A stretch of DNA of 64,000 nt from Botryllus schlosseri (GCA_051294905.1 CM119377.1:29450001-29514000), one strand, 5' to 3'. Counted from the first letter of the stretch, positions 39,001-53,400 are shown. The notes: generated by a model not told the origin, from the letters alone. A program made the numbers and translations.

Positions 39001-42000
39001 AGAGCGGCAATTTCACGCGGACCCCGCGCGGGAGGGCGCGCGCGTTTTCTCGCTGCCCTTGAATAATGCGATAGCTCGATACGTCAGAGCGAAATTTCTT
39101 ATCCGTGACGAATGGCTGCTTATCAGTGAAGTGGAGTTTGTCGATGGTGAGTTTACATTTATACGTCTATTTGAATGACTCTTGGCGGTAGAGAGCTTCA
39201 GTATACAATTGAATAACATATTCGATTACCCCATACGAGTGTCATCCGAGAGTATTCGGGTTTATTTCAATATCTATATATCAGTCAATTCTATTTAAAT
39301 AGTAATTATTATTTACTTTATTCTTTATTCGCAGTAAAACTGGTAAATACACACATAATCTTACTATTATTTCTAATAATTGTAGAGTGCCGATTTCACC
39401 AAGCTCCGTTTATCAAAATTCACGCTCATATTTAGTGAAACATTTGTTTTCCAATTTATTAGTACAATATTGAATCATCGCATTCCCGTTTCGCACCGGC
39501 GTGTCTATTTTTCGACATGCTGGTACGAGAGAAGAGTACCGTAATTGAAACCACGATATATTACATATTAATCGTGCTAAGTCGTTGCTGTTCATTTCTG
39601 TGAATAGATATTGTTCGTACAAGTTCATTGATACCTTGTAATCTGATATTTATTATATCGAAGACGTCAAAATCGTATATCAAACGCCGTAGATAAATAT
39701 GTTGCAAAATACACTGTGTCGGCAATTTGCGCGTCATTGACCACTCTCATATAACGTTCTGTATGTTTCGTTCTAGCCGTCTTCGGGCATAGTTGTTTCA
39801 TTATGTGAATAGCTAGTGTCCATACAAGTCCACACGTATCTTCATATCTGATATTAGTTACACCTAAGCTGATCAAAAGCTATGTGATAGGTCGCGTGAC
39901 AAAAATATCCGCCGAGGTATCATTTCGCAGACACGCGCGTTCCTCATACCCGCCATATACACTGTCGTTTAGTTGGTTTTATTCGTCATAACCAGCTGTA
40001 GTTTGTTGCTATGAATAGCGATTGTCAGTTTCTGTTTATATTTTGCTAAAGCAACTGTACTAGTTAGTTCTATACCGCTCAAGGTTTCATTTGAAAACCG
40101 GGAAGCGAATTCCGTCAGACTACCGTACCAGCTTCAAGCACATGGCTGAATACCCGTCACATACCGTGAAATATATCGTGTTCTGATAGCCATAAACATT
40201 CATAGATTGTGTCTGTGAATTGTTGTAGCCTATATGATTCTAAATAACGGCTAATGGTAAAGTATAATTCGGAATACATACAATATTACTCAGCGATTAT
40301 ACCTACGCAAAAGCGTGCGTCTGGGTATACAAAGAGCTGTCGTACATCGATATATATCTTACGTTGTAGTAATGATAAGCATTTGCAGTAAATCATTATG
40401 GTAAGGACTGTAAATATCCGTCTACGAACACTAAAACGACTAATATAGGGTCACAACAGTTTGAGTTATAAGCCTTAGAACTTACCATACGTGCGCTCAT
40501 CACGAGCCATGACTCACTCTCTCGGCGGTCTGCCGCGAGCTGACTAAAACGGTCGGCATTGTTTTGATTAGAAATTAGCGCCTGCTAGACGTAGACCGTC
40601 GACTCAGGGCTCTCTAGAACGATGAATTCTAAGCCTATACAATACACCAGACTGTATCGTCGTCGAATACCTATACTAAGGTTCATAAAGTACGTAATTT
40701 AGCATGTCAGTTCCCAACCAACGTTTTCTCGTCTTTCTCTTGATATAAGTGGCCAGACACAGAGCTCAAAATGATTTGAGTGGCGCAATCGGATCCGCGT
40801 TGAAATTCTGAATCGAACGCTACCTTGTTTACCGTGCTCCAATCCCATTAAGGTACAGTTTTTCGATTTTGAAAATTGAAGGAAAATTTTTCGAAAATTG
40901 CAGCCGATGCCATTCGGTTTTAAAAATATTGCCTATTATTACATTTCTAATGCCAAATTCCCCAAGTGACGAATTCCACATGTTAAATTCACTGCTAAAC
41001 GTTACGTCATGTAACGAAATGATCATTGTAGTGATTCCGTTCGAATCGATTATCATTTTAGCCACGGCTTCGAAGGATTGGGAGAGCGTGTTCAGAAGAC
41101 GGCCGTCTCGTGTCGCTACTATCCCTACGATTACAGCACAGGAGATCGGGCACGTTGGCGTAATCGCGTGCGCGCTGGTTGGCGCCGTTTTGTTTCTGGC
41201 CTTCATCGTCGCAGTCCTGGCTTGGAGGCAACGGAAAATGAAAAAGATCATGGTAATACCACTTTTTCGAACAACTTACTTGAGTTCTTTTCATACCTTT
41301 TATTTTCCGATTCCACTCGAATTAGATTTGACTCGTCTTGTAAATTACTACTTCTTTTTGTAATTGACTATTAATAAAATGTACTTTTCGAAAACATTAC
41401 TTGAGAACTTTTCGGAACTTAAACCACTTGAAGTAGATTTAACATGCTTTCGAAATGGCTACTTCTACTTGTATTTGAGCCACGTTTTACGCTGACTGCT
41501 TGGATTACCCCGGAATGTCACATGATCCTCTTTCTTGTGGCTGGATACAATGATTTGAGCACTCACATTCGATTGTAGTATATTTATTGTAATGTTTCGT
41601 GTCGAAGAATCTGAGATATGATTCTTGGAGTAATAAAATGATACGCCAATTTATGGTGGGAGTTAGATTGTCAACAGGATAATTTTGTCCACCACACCGC
41701 GGAGTCCTCGAAACCTCCACTTATCGTGTAACAGCATCCAAAATGTGTAGTGCAAGCAGATTAGTGGAAATGACATTTTGTGTCAAGTCGAACCAATCTA
41801 TAGCATTTTCATAAAGTACCCTACAATGAAATAAATATGGTCGGGAATATACAAAATTTGCTTTTATTCATGTGGTGGTGGACAACTGGGGTTATGTCAT
41901 TGGCCCGGTATTCGGCCAAACCACACTGAAAAAGCGACAGTTAAGCGTGCAACTTTTGTTTTGTTTTTATATTTATGGTGTTTCGGCTACATTGATAATA

Positions 42001-45000
42001 TTGCACCAGGCCGATATATTTTCCCATCGAAGACAAAAATAAGCTACGTCCTTTCCTAACCTTATCACGTTATAGTGAGTGCTATTAGAACGGTCGACTC
42101 CACACGGAGACGAATACTTGATTCGTATCGTCGAATCATTAGGGTACTTGCTTTTGCGGAGACCGAATGCTAATCCTTGCGCGAATTGGAGCAGAATACA
42201 GACAAAGCTCGCCTATCCGTTTTCCAGACCCCGCCCCGGTACACGTACACCGTTCGAGAGGGCCCTTCCTCTACCGTCACGCTTCGATTGGCAGATGAAC
42301 GATCTTTCTCCGACAACCGAACTCCGAAGGCCGCTCCGTTTCTGAACGTGAGACTATTACTTTCCAGACTTGTACAAACTACTAATCAGGTTGATGGTTG
42401 ACGGCAACAACTACTGTATCGTAGTAGTTCTAATTCTAGTTTTAAGTGTGCATTTTAAAAAGTGACGAGTTCCAGTTCTGGTTGCATATTTAAAAAAAAA
42501 TAGCTGTCGAACAATTGGAAAACAGGTGTGGTCCTTTGTGGCGTGAATCGTAATACCGGTGTTCTGTTGTGTGATATTCTTGCAGCAATTGCTAGCTCGG
42601 AGTCATCACTACTCTACCGACATTGTTGCAGCCTGGGGTGGGTTTTCGAGGTCTCTACCATCTCTCATTTCAAATAAAATTTCGTAAACACCGTCCTTTT
42701 GAAATGCCTATTCTATCTACAATGTATAAAATGAATGAGTTGTGTCGGAATTGAATATGCTTAGTAGTGTTTTAGATAGTTGTGGACTTTAAAGGTCGTC
42801 GGTTGCGAGTTTTGAAAAGTGAGTAGAAATAGTTCTTGTTCTAGTTCTAGGTGCACGTTTTGAGAGTGAGCAGTTCCAGACCTAGGCTACTTTTAAATGA
42901 GCATTTAGAACATACACTAATTCGTTCAAATCTGTCGGGTTCGAACTACAGATTAGCTTCTAATTCACTTCACTTAGAACTCCGAAAGACGACTGATTTC
43001 AACACCGCACGAATACGCAGATCCTAAAGACGCTAAAATGACGTCGTGCAATGATGACGACATCAGTCCAATTGCTCATTACGCGGAGACTTCCATTTCC
43101 TCCCTGCCGCCGCCTTACCAGATGGTGAGTCCTAGTAAAGTCACTGCTGTAATGTTATGTGACTTCGCAGTTTTTCTTTAGCCTACCTCGAACTCTGCGT
43201 CGAAGCGAACCGAATTGCCGAAATATTCGCAAACGCTTTCCGAGTCTTCCACGCTTCTTATGGACGAATCACGTGACCGTGAGTGAACTATAGTGCTAGC
43301 TGTCTAATTAAAGCGAGATGTCGGTAATCGAATTCTAAACTAATTTGTGAAATGTGTCGATGGTCTCATTTTCATTCTTATCTAATTTCTGTTTTGGCTG
43401 AAATACTAAATGAGAACTATATAGAGGGAGACGAGCGAATCTTGGAGTGCAGACATTTGCCATTCTCGTGCTTATGAAAATCAACTATGATGTAACATGA
43501 GGTTTATATTTTTTTCGAAATCAGAATTTCATCCTATTTCCAGTTTTTTTGTTGCGAATTCAGTCATTTTATTTGTACCGGTAATCTAATTCGATTCTTA
43601 TTCTTGAAAGTTCCATGCCCTTACTTTAATTCTAATCGAATTCCTGATTTTCCAAAAATGCTACAAGAGAACTCAATAGTGCAAAGCGAGCGATATTTTG
43701 ATTATCATGTTTATGAGGATGGACTATGATTTGATATAAATTGAACTTGAATTTTGTTATGTTACTTTTGAATTCGGAATTTCACTCAATTTCCAGGTTT
43801 TTGCGAATTCGTGAATTCTTATGGTAAGCAAATTCGGCAAAAACGTGCAGCTACCATTTTATTTATAATTTTACTCGAAAAAACTGAAAGCTTTCCATTT
43901 GTCGAACTCTGTTCGTAGGCTAGCAATCTATAGCGAAACAGATTTCCAGAATGACCTCACCGCGTCCAGATGGGATGCGAACACGGGTTCGTAAATAATT
44001 GAAATCCTCGAGAGAGTTGACATCTTCTGTCGCAGACAGAGGAATGTGTCGGGAACTGTTGGAGCACTGCAGCGAATGCGGCGTCATCGAATTCCCGCGA
44101 CAGAGACTCAGATTCGTCGACCATTTGGGCGAGGGTCAGTTCGGGCAAGTCCAGCTCTGCAAGGCGGACCCGGTGTTGAGGGTGCACGCGCAACAGTGGG
44201 GGTGAGATGGGGTCTCAAACAGGCTTGGATAACTAAATAAATCTAGTTGTATAACTAGACTAATGAGAATCAAATGCCAATCATCTCATTCTAATCTAAT
44301 TTGTGAAATGTTTCTTTGCTATCCTTTCAACTCTGATATCATTTCTGCTTTTCCTAAAAACGCTACAGAAGAACTGTATCGTGTGAAACGAGTCAAGCTT
44401 AATGTGAAGATATTTTCATTCGCCTCTCTGATTTGATATGAAATGATCTTGATTTTTGTTGTACTTCTTTTGCGAAGTTAGTAATTCTGATTCGAATATC
44501 ATGTGGAAGAACTTGTGTCTCTATAATTCTAATTATGATCCAATTTGAAAAAAATTAACCGTGCAGCTATATTTACAATTTTAATCTAATTGGGATAGGC
44601 TGAACATTTTCTTTTTATCCAAATCTGGTCTTTAAAATGCTATCTTGCTGTCATATTGATCTCGCATTTTTTGTTTAGGACAAATTTAGACGGAGACGAC
44701 GGAGATCCGGTTTTGGTCGCTGTTAAGTACCTGCGTGGCGATGCTTCTCCAGATACCAGGTGAATAGAGAAGATCACAGTATGCATGCTCAAGTAGAAGT
44801 AGAAGTAGCGAAATAAATGTGTATTCAAGTATCGATTTCCAAGTACGTAAAGAAGTGAGCATTTTGAACCTACTTTTGGCCAGAGAAGTACAAGGGGTAA
44901 TGACATCAATTTACACTTTAATAGTACACAGAGAAGTTGCGAATTCTTAATATATAAAACACCAACCAAAATACACCAACCAAAACTCTGTCAACAAAAG

Positions 45001-48000
45001 GAGTTCGTGTACCACCTAAAAATAGTACATTGACCGCTCTCTCATTCGAAATTTTAGGCTGGTGACGTCATATTTTGCGATACGATTGTTGATATACAAT
45101 GTTCTTTCCAATTCTCTACTAGTTGCTGACGATTACCCCTGACGAGTGTCAGCCGAAAATATTCGGGTTCATTTCAATATGAATATACTATTTAATTGTA
45201 TATTGAAGTTCTGTACCTCCAAGAAGCTCTTCTAATATATAAAAAGTAAGCGGATTATGCCATGTTTTACCTGAAAAAACTAAAACGTGAAAGCAGAAAT
45301 GAAATTAGTGTCCTAAATTTCTACTCAAAGTATGAAAAAGTCGCGATCTCCAAGAGATCAAACAAGTACGTTTTTTAGGCCTAGCATTTTCAAAAAAGAT
45401 GAATAGTGAAATGAGATATAAGTCGAGTAAAGACGTAAATTTCAGCTTGAATACAACTATAAGTACAAATTTCCAAGTAAGCGAAGAAAAAGTATTGTAG
45501 GAGTAGTTTTACCTAAATAAAAACGAACAATGTCCATCAGAACTAGAAGCAAAGACATGAATATTTACTGCAGTCCAAATGAAAGCAGCAGTTCCCACTC
45601 ACAAAATGAAGTATGCAATGCCTATTTAAACTACTGCACCGAATACTATCAAGTAGAAGTAGTCTTAAATCATAATCGCTCAATGAATTTATACAAGCAA
45701 GCAAAATCCACACAAGCAGTAACAAACAATACAAGTATACTTCTTCCATGGCCATCTTCTGATATGAATGATACATTATGGGACGTATTATAACGGCGCC
45801 GCAATCCTGCGTTTCTTCACAGAGAGAGCTTCCTGAAAGAAGCTAAGATCATGTCCGGGATGCGCGATCCGAACATCGTCCGCTTGCTGGCCGTGTGTGT
45901 CGAAGCTGAGCCGTACGCTTTAGTCACAGAATACATGTCGAACGGCGATCTGAACGGATACTTGCAACGTTTCGAATTCGACTCGCCCGACTGCGACGCG
46001 ATAATAAGGTACGTGACGGACACAGACGGTCATTGTAGTCAACTTGCAAGTCAAGTTGAAGTGCTATTAAAGCCGTCGATTTTTACTCAATAACAAGGGG
46101 GAGTAGCGATCCAAAACATGTCAAAACTACTTCGTGCGGTCGTAGATAAGACATCGTCTGATTCGTACAGGAGTACTTAGTTTCAAAAATGGATTTGATC
46201 GATGGGTCTCATACTTTTAGCAGCTATTGGGAGAATGGGTAACAGTCCAAAATCACAATTACTTGAGCACTTCAAATAAGTAGATGTAAAATGATATTTG
46301 TGTTACAAAGTCTCTTCAAGTAGATGTATATTTAACAAATAAATCAAGCATTATACTAAGCAATTGTTTATTAAAGTTATGTGCCCTAAAAAGCTCTTCG
46401 AGTAGAGATGTAAAGAGTCCAGCTAGATTCATCATAACTCGGGTAATTAGTGGCAATTGAGTACTTAAAAGATAGCGTTTCAATTCCAACGTTTCCAGAG
46501 TGATAAAAGTCCGTAGTTTTGCTAAAAATACTGCTCTGGCAAAAATAGAAGTGATTCGTGCCACATGAGTACTTGGAAACAACTAATTTTGCATAAAATA
46601 CTGTTCGAGTAAAGATAGAAATAATCTGAAATCATCTTAACTTGAGTACAGTAATTACGGCCACTGGAATACTTTAAACGTTACTTTTCGATTTCAAAAT
46701 GTAAAAAGTAAGCAGCTCTGCTTAAAATACTGTTGCAGTAGAAGCCAAAACAGTTTTAAATCATCATAGCTTGAGTAATTATTGTCATTTGAGTGCTTTA
46801 AAACCGTACAAGCGCTTCGTTAGTTACCACCTCTGGCAACGGACTGGACCGCTTGATTAATAATCGATTTTTTTGTTCTTTCAGCGTCTCTATTTTGCTT
46901 GGAATCGCGACCCAGATTTCCGCAGGAATGAAATATCTGTCGTCGCTCAACTTCGTTCACAGGGACCTCGCCACTCGCAACTGCTTGGTGGGGGCGCGAC
47001 TAAACGTTCGCATATCAGATTTCGGCATGTCGCGCGACATGTATCAGTCGGATTATTATAAAACGGAAGGGCGGGCGGTTCTGCCTATCAGATGGATGCC
47101 ATGGGAGAGCGTATTGATGGTGAGTGTAATAGAATTGTAAAATCTGCTAGGTTTTCAGAATGCGTAGCCGAAAAAGCACAAGACCTATTCACTTTTATAA
47201 ACTCGCAACTAGAACTAGAACCATAGCGGTACTCATTTTCCAAAATGCGCAATTAGAATTAGAACAATACTCATTTTCGAAACTCGCGACTGGAACTAAC
47301 GAAGCTTAGAATCCACAACTAAAAACCTAAAACTAATTTCGAATGGACTCTGAAATCTCGGATATCGAATCGTACATTTCAAAAGGACGTGGTTTTGAAT
47401 TCAAAATGGGGGAAGCGATTTCTACCCCCAAGCTTCACCCGTCGACCACTCCACTCTTATTGATAATGACTATAAGCTAGCAATGGCTGCGAGAACATCA
47501 CAGAACAGAACGCTGGTGTCACGATTCACTCCAAACTATCCCACGTGCTTTCTAGTTGTTTTGCAACTAAATTCCTCTTAAAATGCCCAACTAGAACTAG
47601 AACCAGTAGTTAAATTCCCGTCACCTAACAAGATTGCTAGTTTGCGCAAGTATGGGCTCCATCCCGCGTTGTGACGTCGCCGTATTTTTATACAACTCCT
47701 GTTTTGTTTTTCAGGGCAAGTTTAGCACCGCAAGTGACGTTTGGGCGTTCGGTGTCACAGTTTGGGAGATATTTACGTTGTGCCGAGCTCAGCCGTTTCA
47801 AGATCTCAGCGATAGCGATATCATAGACAATATGAATCGGTTTTATGACGCTACCGGAGACGAGGTGACTGGCCGTCTCATTCGGGACCCGGAATTCATT
47901 TTCAGTGGCTCATCTTTCATTGTTATTGAATATTGTACAAAACATTTTAGTGTTTCTCCTCTATATGTTTTTAGTTTTGTCTTTCCTTGCCCTTCTTCTT

Positions 48001-48587
48001 TGATTATCCTACAACTACGGAAACGAATCGATTATTATATCCAAATATGTACAGGTTACTCACGCCTTAAAGACCTCAATTCTATCGAGTCTTAGTGGTC
48101 ATTCTGTTTTTGTTTCTGTTTTAATCTGTACTAACCTGTCGAAACCTTTATCGTATTAATCTACAAACCTTCGGTGACCCCCTTCTATTCGCAAAAACAA
48201 AAAATGTATCACATTACGCATCTAATACATTACTAAACAAAATGGACTTCGTATCAACAACAGTGTTGAGAACCAGAGATGTCTAGATCCCATCTTGATA
48301 TCCCTACCCAGATCTATATAGATTTCTATCTTGATAAAAGATTATAATGAATATGGGACTGTGTGAGATATTATTTCATTTCATGACTCACATAGTTATT
48401 AACACTGCCTTGTGTATTTCATGTTTCACGAACTTAATTCTATCTATCTACCTCTCAGATGTATCTCACAAAACCGCCGTTTTGCCCTGAAAATGTCTTC
48501 CAAGTTATGATGGATTGCTGGAGTCGTGATGTTGAAGAACGACCGAAATTCGATCAACTTTACGATTTCTTCAAGCTGCAAGTCTGA
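30464..48587 (+). CDS. DDR: Discoidin domain receptor tyrosine kinase (DDR1/DDR2 family), 19 coding exons, 897 aa
   Basis: Hand-assembled GT-AG exons, all phases consistent: 30464-30536 (signal peptide [24 protein letters not shown]), 31804-31906, 36359-36487, 36545-36647, 37292-37442 (DS domain: [31 protein letters not shown]), 38196-38359, 38415-38578, 38932-39146 (DS-like: [28 protein letters not shown]), 41062-41252 (TM), 42195-42347, 42978-43124, 43182-43278, 43934-43990 (juxtamembrane), 44036-44201, 44679-44759, 45823-46008, 46885-47119, 47715-47864, 48459-48587 (kinase: [41 protein letters not shown]). Total 2694 nt ending in TGA. The juxtamembrane exons are the least certain. Confidence 0.95.
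32763..33171. mobile_element. hAT MITE, TIR CAGTGGTTCCCAAC, nested in an older CAGTGGTTC element starting at 32718
   Basis: Perfect TSD CGCTAAAC (32755-32762, 33172-33179). Internal poly-A runs and TCGCCCCC repeats. Confidence 0.9.
33261..34205. mobile_element. hAT-type MITE, TIR AGGGATGGTGTGAAC
   Basis: TIRs, subterminal GTGAAC/GTTCAC repeats, TSD TTACTATT/TTACTATA. Confidence 0.85.
34310..35460 (-). mobile_element. Decayed DNA transposon with transposase remnant, probably CMC/Chapaev3-type, in DDR intron 2
   Basis: Minus-strand fragments [32 protein letters not shown] (~35415-35320) and [27 protein letters not shown] (~35020-34940) match the LHNGN..PIGHS and KxHFLxSHLDFF motifs I recall for this family. 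A CACTGGTCAAC terminus lies at 34310. Stops and frameshifts are present, and the other end was not found. The family name is from memory. Confidence 0.72.
35883..36323. mobile_element. TAGGGCTGGGCA-family MITE ending 35 nt before DDR exon 3
   Basis: Left TIR intact, right TIR degenerate, with the family's subterminal repeats. Confidence 0.7.
37540..38150 (+). repeat. Family C ~300-bp unit, two tandem copies filling DDR intron 5
   Basis: Core GAAAATGCTACAGGAGAACT..GTGAAACGAGC..GCTTATGA..AACTCTGATTTGATATG. Also at ~5900-6165, 14300-14660(-), 16900-17250, 18090-18360(-), 43300-43860 (x2), 44270-44600 and 63290-63470(-). Confidence 0.8.
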
Positions 48588-48868
48588 TGTTTAGGCTTGG
48601 GCTGCAATATCGTGATATGAGGTTCAAATCATAGCTGTATCAACTACGTGTTTGATTGAACTATGATGCAACTCGCCGACAAGAGGTCGTTGTCACACCT
48701 GATTTCGCTTCCGATCCGAAAGACCGCGAGATGTCGCATTTGCGAACAGACTCTTCTTTTCTATGCCGTTTTTGATATTCAATTTGCCTCAGTTTCAGAA
48801 ACGTGTTTATATGTGATTTATAAGTAGATCTATATGTGATCGTTTGTTACGAAAAGCGATGGAGATTT

Positions 48869-48874
48869 AATAAA
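48869..48874 (+). terminator. Candidate polyadenylation signal of DDR
   Basis: AATAAA ~280 nt after the stop codon. Confidence 0.4.
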
Positions 48875-50279
48875 AATACATATTCGTTCAGACTCGAATT
48901 GAGTATTGCTATTTATGGGGATCAAGTACCTAGAATCCAAAGGCGTGAGCACGATGATTCGAGCACTTGGATATGAATCGAGTTTTCATTCGAATGATTA
49001 AAGTGGAATCGTGACACGATATGCTCCTTGCAACTAGCAGCTTATTAATCAACGAATTATTGCTATTTCCACTGTGGTAAACTGTAAACCTCGATTGGTC
49101 GTATAGTACATGTAGGCTAATACAAATCATATAATACACAGCTATGCAAGTTAGTAACAATGGCATATCTGTGAAGTCACGTTCACCAACAGGATTATCG
49201 AAAAGTTCCATGAAATAGGAATGGTCGAAAAAAGCAGATAATATTTCCTGTATGTAGGATTTATGTTATATTCCTTGTTGTCATATAAAACGCACTCGAA
49301 TTTGCCCGGCTGTATCCAGTACGGCGAATGAACACTTCGTGGATACCACACGAAATTAGTCGCTTCTTAACTGAAATCCGGACTACGGCTGGGACTAGGC
49401 CTACAATAAAGTATCCCTGATAGCTTCGCCTGTATTTTCGATATTCCCCGGTAGCAGACGGTCTTGTCCAACTCAGAATACTATTTTCCATGAGTTTGTT
49501 AGTCCAGAGGTGGAATCGTTGGTAACAGCTCGAAACAGGAGGATTGTTCACTCACGCTGTTTCACGCTCTTCTTCATCAGCGAACTCCATCCTTCACCTC
49601 CACCGCTGGTGTGGCTCTTAATTGTACCCATTGCTACACTTTCTATCGTATATATACTACGACTAATTGCCTGCTATCAGATAGTAAAAGAAGGCTCATA
49701 AATCTGCGTGTTTAGACTCAGTTCAGTTTATCAACAATATTATCCGATCAAAACACCACAAGACTGCGATACATTGAAAACATAGGAAGGTGTCGAAACG
49801 ACTTGGAGTAGACTTTGAAATCAGACACCGATCTGGGTCTATGCGATGTAAAGAGGAGGCATGCAAAACTGCTGTTGTGGAATGTTTTTTCTCCATTCTT
49901 GGCAAGCTACTTAGTGAGGACGATCACTTTCTAGCCAATTATGTAGGAAAGTATCTTCTGCTGTAGCTTTTTCATGTAAAAATTGGTCATAAAAGTTTTT
50001 TCAGACCAAACTACTCCGTTAGAACAGACAGTTCCAACCAGAAATGAAGCTAAGTAGTACAGACAGTTATAACATTATGTGCGAAAACACCTAATTTACA
50101 TACATAAGTCGAAATTTTGTCAAAATTAGGTTTTTTTACCGTCAAAATATTCCGTTTTTAGGTTAAAAAAAACCTGTAAGAAAACCTGAAAATGTTTTCT
50201 TCGTCTAAATCTGATTTGTGGTGTGGAAGTGTCTGCCCTGAGTAAGCATGACGCCAATTTGCACTGGGTATGGCGTGAA

Positions 50280-50455
50280 GCTATTGAACGTTGTCGCTTG
50301 GTTAATTCTCATTTTCATTGACATAAGTCAATGACAAAACGGCGCGTGGTATCGTTTATTGACTTTGTCAGTCACGCGCGGCTTGATGTTGGTATTGCAG
50401 TGAGAGCGCCGCTAACGTAGTGGCGAGGCATTATCACATGAAGTGAGATAGGTAC
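50280..50455 (+). promoter_or_regulatory. Candidate promoter and non-coding first exon of the rhomboid gene
   Basis: CG-rich unique segment ending in AG|GTACAG at ~50451. A free acceptor (TCTACAG, 55282) precedes the rhomboid ATG. Confidence 0.3.
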
Positions 50456-53400
50456 AGTTTTGAGCGCAGATTTGTTAAAGAGTTTGTAAGAATGACTTCA
50501 CTTCCACACTCGAACAAAGCCCTCGATAGCATTATTGAATGGGAGCCTATTGACGAGCATCGATTTTTCGAGTTGTTCAGCGCATGGAATCACTCGCATC
50601 CTTGGAGATTATCAGAATGGTACTTGGGGTGTGTTGGTGGTAGTGAGCATATCTATTCTATATAGCGATGGATTTCTGTCTCAGTAAGTTTTAAGACAAC
50701 GTGATCAACAGCATTGCCAATGGATATCGAATCGTACAGGTTTGAATTGCAGTTGTTCTGAAAACCCATTTATAATTCTCAAACATATCCAGTAAGAGTT
50801 ATGTATCTGGTGGCGCGGTGAGAGGATATTTGTTATCACGGGATTGTTGTCACAGATTATGCTCAATCCAATCACGGCGTAATTATTAGAGAGCGTGGAT
50901 CACATTTACTACTACATACTATGGGTGAATGGGTAACGCGCGTTGTTGATAGCTTATGAAATTATAGTGAATGTACATTTTACATGTACATTGTACGTAC
51001 GTACAACTATAGCTGTCATTTCCACATGTATTGATCGAATAAGTCACGTCAACGGCGTAGTAGGTCGCATGAGTCTCGCCAGATGTGCACGAGAGATACA
51101 TAGGCTCATATTGCGATGTAATAATTTGTACAGTAGCCTACATGTGTAACATGGGTTAATTGTATATCACGTGATGTAGCCAGCGTCAGTACCGAAGTAC
51201 TCAAGTATAGGTTTTGCCTACTTACTCAGGTCGGTACGTTTATGGACTACTTCCACTTATATTCAAACAGCATTTTTAACAAACCTTCTGACTTATTACA
51301 CGTTGTACTTTGAAAAATATGAAATAATTTGGGATAAATGCATCACTTACATGTGTGTAAACTTCATATCACATTACGTGAAATAGCCTGTAACTTGTCG
51401 GCTCTATTTTAGAAAATTGCATCTATCTGTAACGTCAATAATTACGATGCGCATGCGCTCGTCGCAAAGATGCATCTCGCAATGTCTAAAGCATTAACTG
51501 CAGAAAATCAATACCTTTTGACACTACTTACTTGATGAATTTTTAAACCCTTCAATTTTTACTTCCACTTAAAGTAGTGATGACATCTCTTGGAAATTGC
51601 TACTTTTACTTGTAATTGAGTCTAAATTTAAGGTGTTACTTCTGCTTCTACTTAGGTGGCAACGCTGACTACTTTGACCACCTCAGAAGACAGTAGAATT
51701 ATTGATCCATACAAGCAGGTGGGTATATCAAATATAGGATAGCCTACGACCAGGGCCCGGATGCTAGCATTTACAATACTTTGGTATTCATTGATGTAAC
51801 TGAAAGTGGAGGTTTATAAATAGGAGGAATGTCGATCTTCGTATATTGACATAACACGTAAATGTCACGTACAATATTGTTCATACAAATTGAGAATATG
51901 CCATGTTCATCACTAGACGTTTCGGATACGGAAGATTGCTCTTGTTCAACTGACAACTGTTATGTGCTATTCTCTTTTCAATGGCGACATTTATTTATAG
52001 TGTATCACGTGTGTTATGGATGAGTAGAGTAGTCCAAATAGACTGATCCAAACATTCTGATTTGAGACACCGTTACATGACTTTCCTCCTCGTAAATCCA
52101 ATGCATAATCTGGCAAATTATGTGCATCCGAGATAACAACAATAATCTTCTACTGTAGATATAGAAACTATGTCAGTACTCCTTTGTTCAGTTCATGGTA
52201 AGTGTAAGCTTTTCACTCCCAACCACTGTAACAGTTGTAGCACGAAAGACTTGCGTTTTATCCGCGCATATTACGTAATCACTAGCTATTGCGTGAAATC
52301 TATCGGGCGACAGATGATTACTACGTGTACTATTACTGCTGGTAGGACGTATCGAGGTATACCACGACGGTGTCAATTACACGAGATTCACGCACAATCT
52401 TAGGTGTCAGTAGAGTTGATGGCATTCTCTAAATTCACGAACGAGTACAGTTATCCTAAATGCGCCTGCACTGTTGATTAATTAATTAGATGTATTGTAC
52501 ATTATATAATATGTATAGTACATCCCCCGTAACAGGTACGATTTGTGCGTGATGTATTAGAGGCAAAGGCGTAAAATGGTTCAGTTCAGTTTTAATAATT
52601 GGCACGAGTCGGTTAGCGAAATAGGTATGTCAGAACGTGGTCCGGTAATCTCAAGAGCTTGACTTGAATGTGGATATGCTCAACTACTGCAGGGGCCTTC
52701 AACATGAGATATATGCAGAACTAATCAGACGTAAATCTAGCATACAGGAGCGATTGGCGGTTACGGATTAGATGCCAAGGCGTAAAACAGTTGTATACGT
52801 AGCAACGGAATGTAGACTGGTAAATAGGCTAATATGTATTGTTTTTCGAAGACGCGGCGTTTCGTACATTTGATTAGTATGATCACTCACGGCACGTTCC
52901 TCATGTTAAATATTAATTTGTCCTCCAAGGCGGTGTAACGAACGAGAAGCTAGCAAGACTGATGTGAAGAGAAACTGAAGTATGCGTAGGGAGTGGAATC
53001 TTAGATGTATAAAGTATATAAATGTGGCGTGTAACATTGAGCACTGTTTTGATGTATTCTGTAGCTGTGGGAGTATATTGAATTGGAATATCATGCCATT
53101 AGGTATGTATATTGTATATACTATTTAGGAACAGCTTATGAGGTGAGATGTGATGTTCGATAAATCAGCTGCTTCGAACGTAACGATTAGGACCAATTAA
53201 TCTACTTAATTTGCTCAAGATCATTATAATCTGGAAATGCGGATTACTTATGATTTGGAACCGGCCGTGGTTTTCAAATTGTCGCCACGACTCGTGGTGT
53301 CTCAGAACACAGTACTGAACTATTCCAGGTAATATACTGCTGTACAAGCGTACTGGGATTGTTTATGCTTTGGAGTTTTTACTCCAGAGCAGTGGTTCTT

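Noticed and set aside
40829-41251. 140-aa minus-strand ORF
   Set aside because: Antisense shadow of the DDR transmembrane exon.
42985-43000. 14-nt reverse-complement match between DDR exon 11 and the family B tail
   Set aside because: Matches of this length are expected many times by chance in a 64-kb self-comparison.
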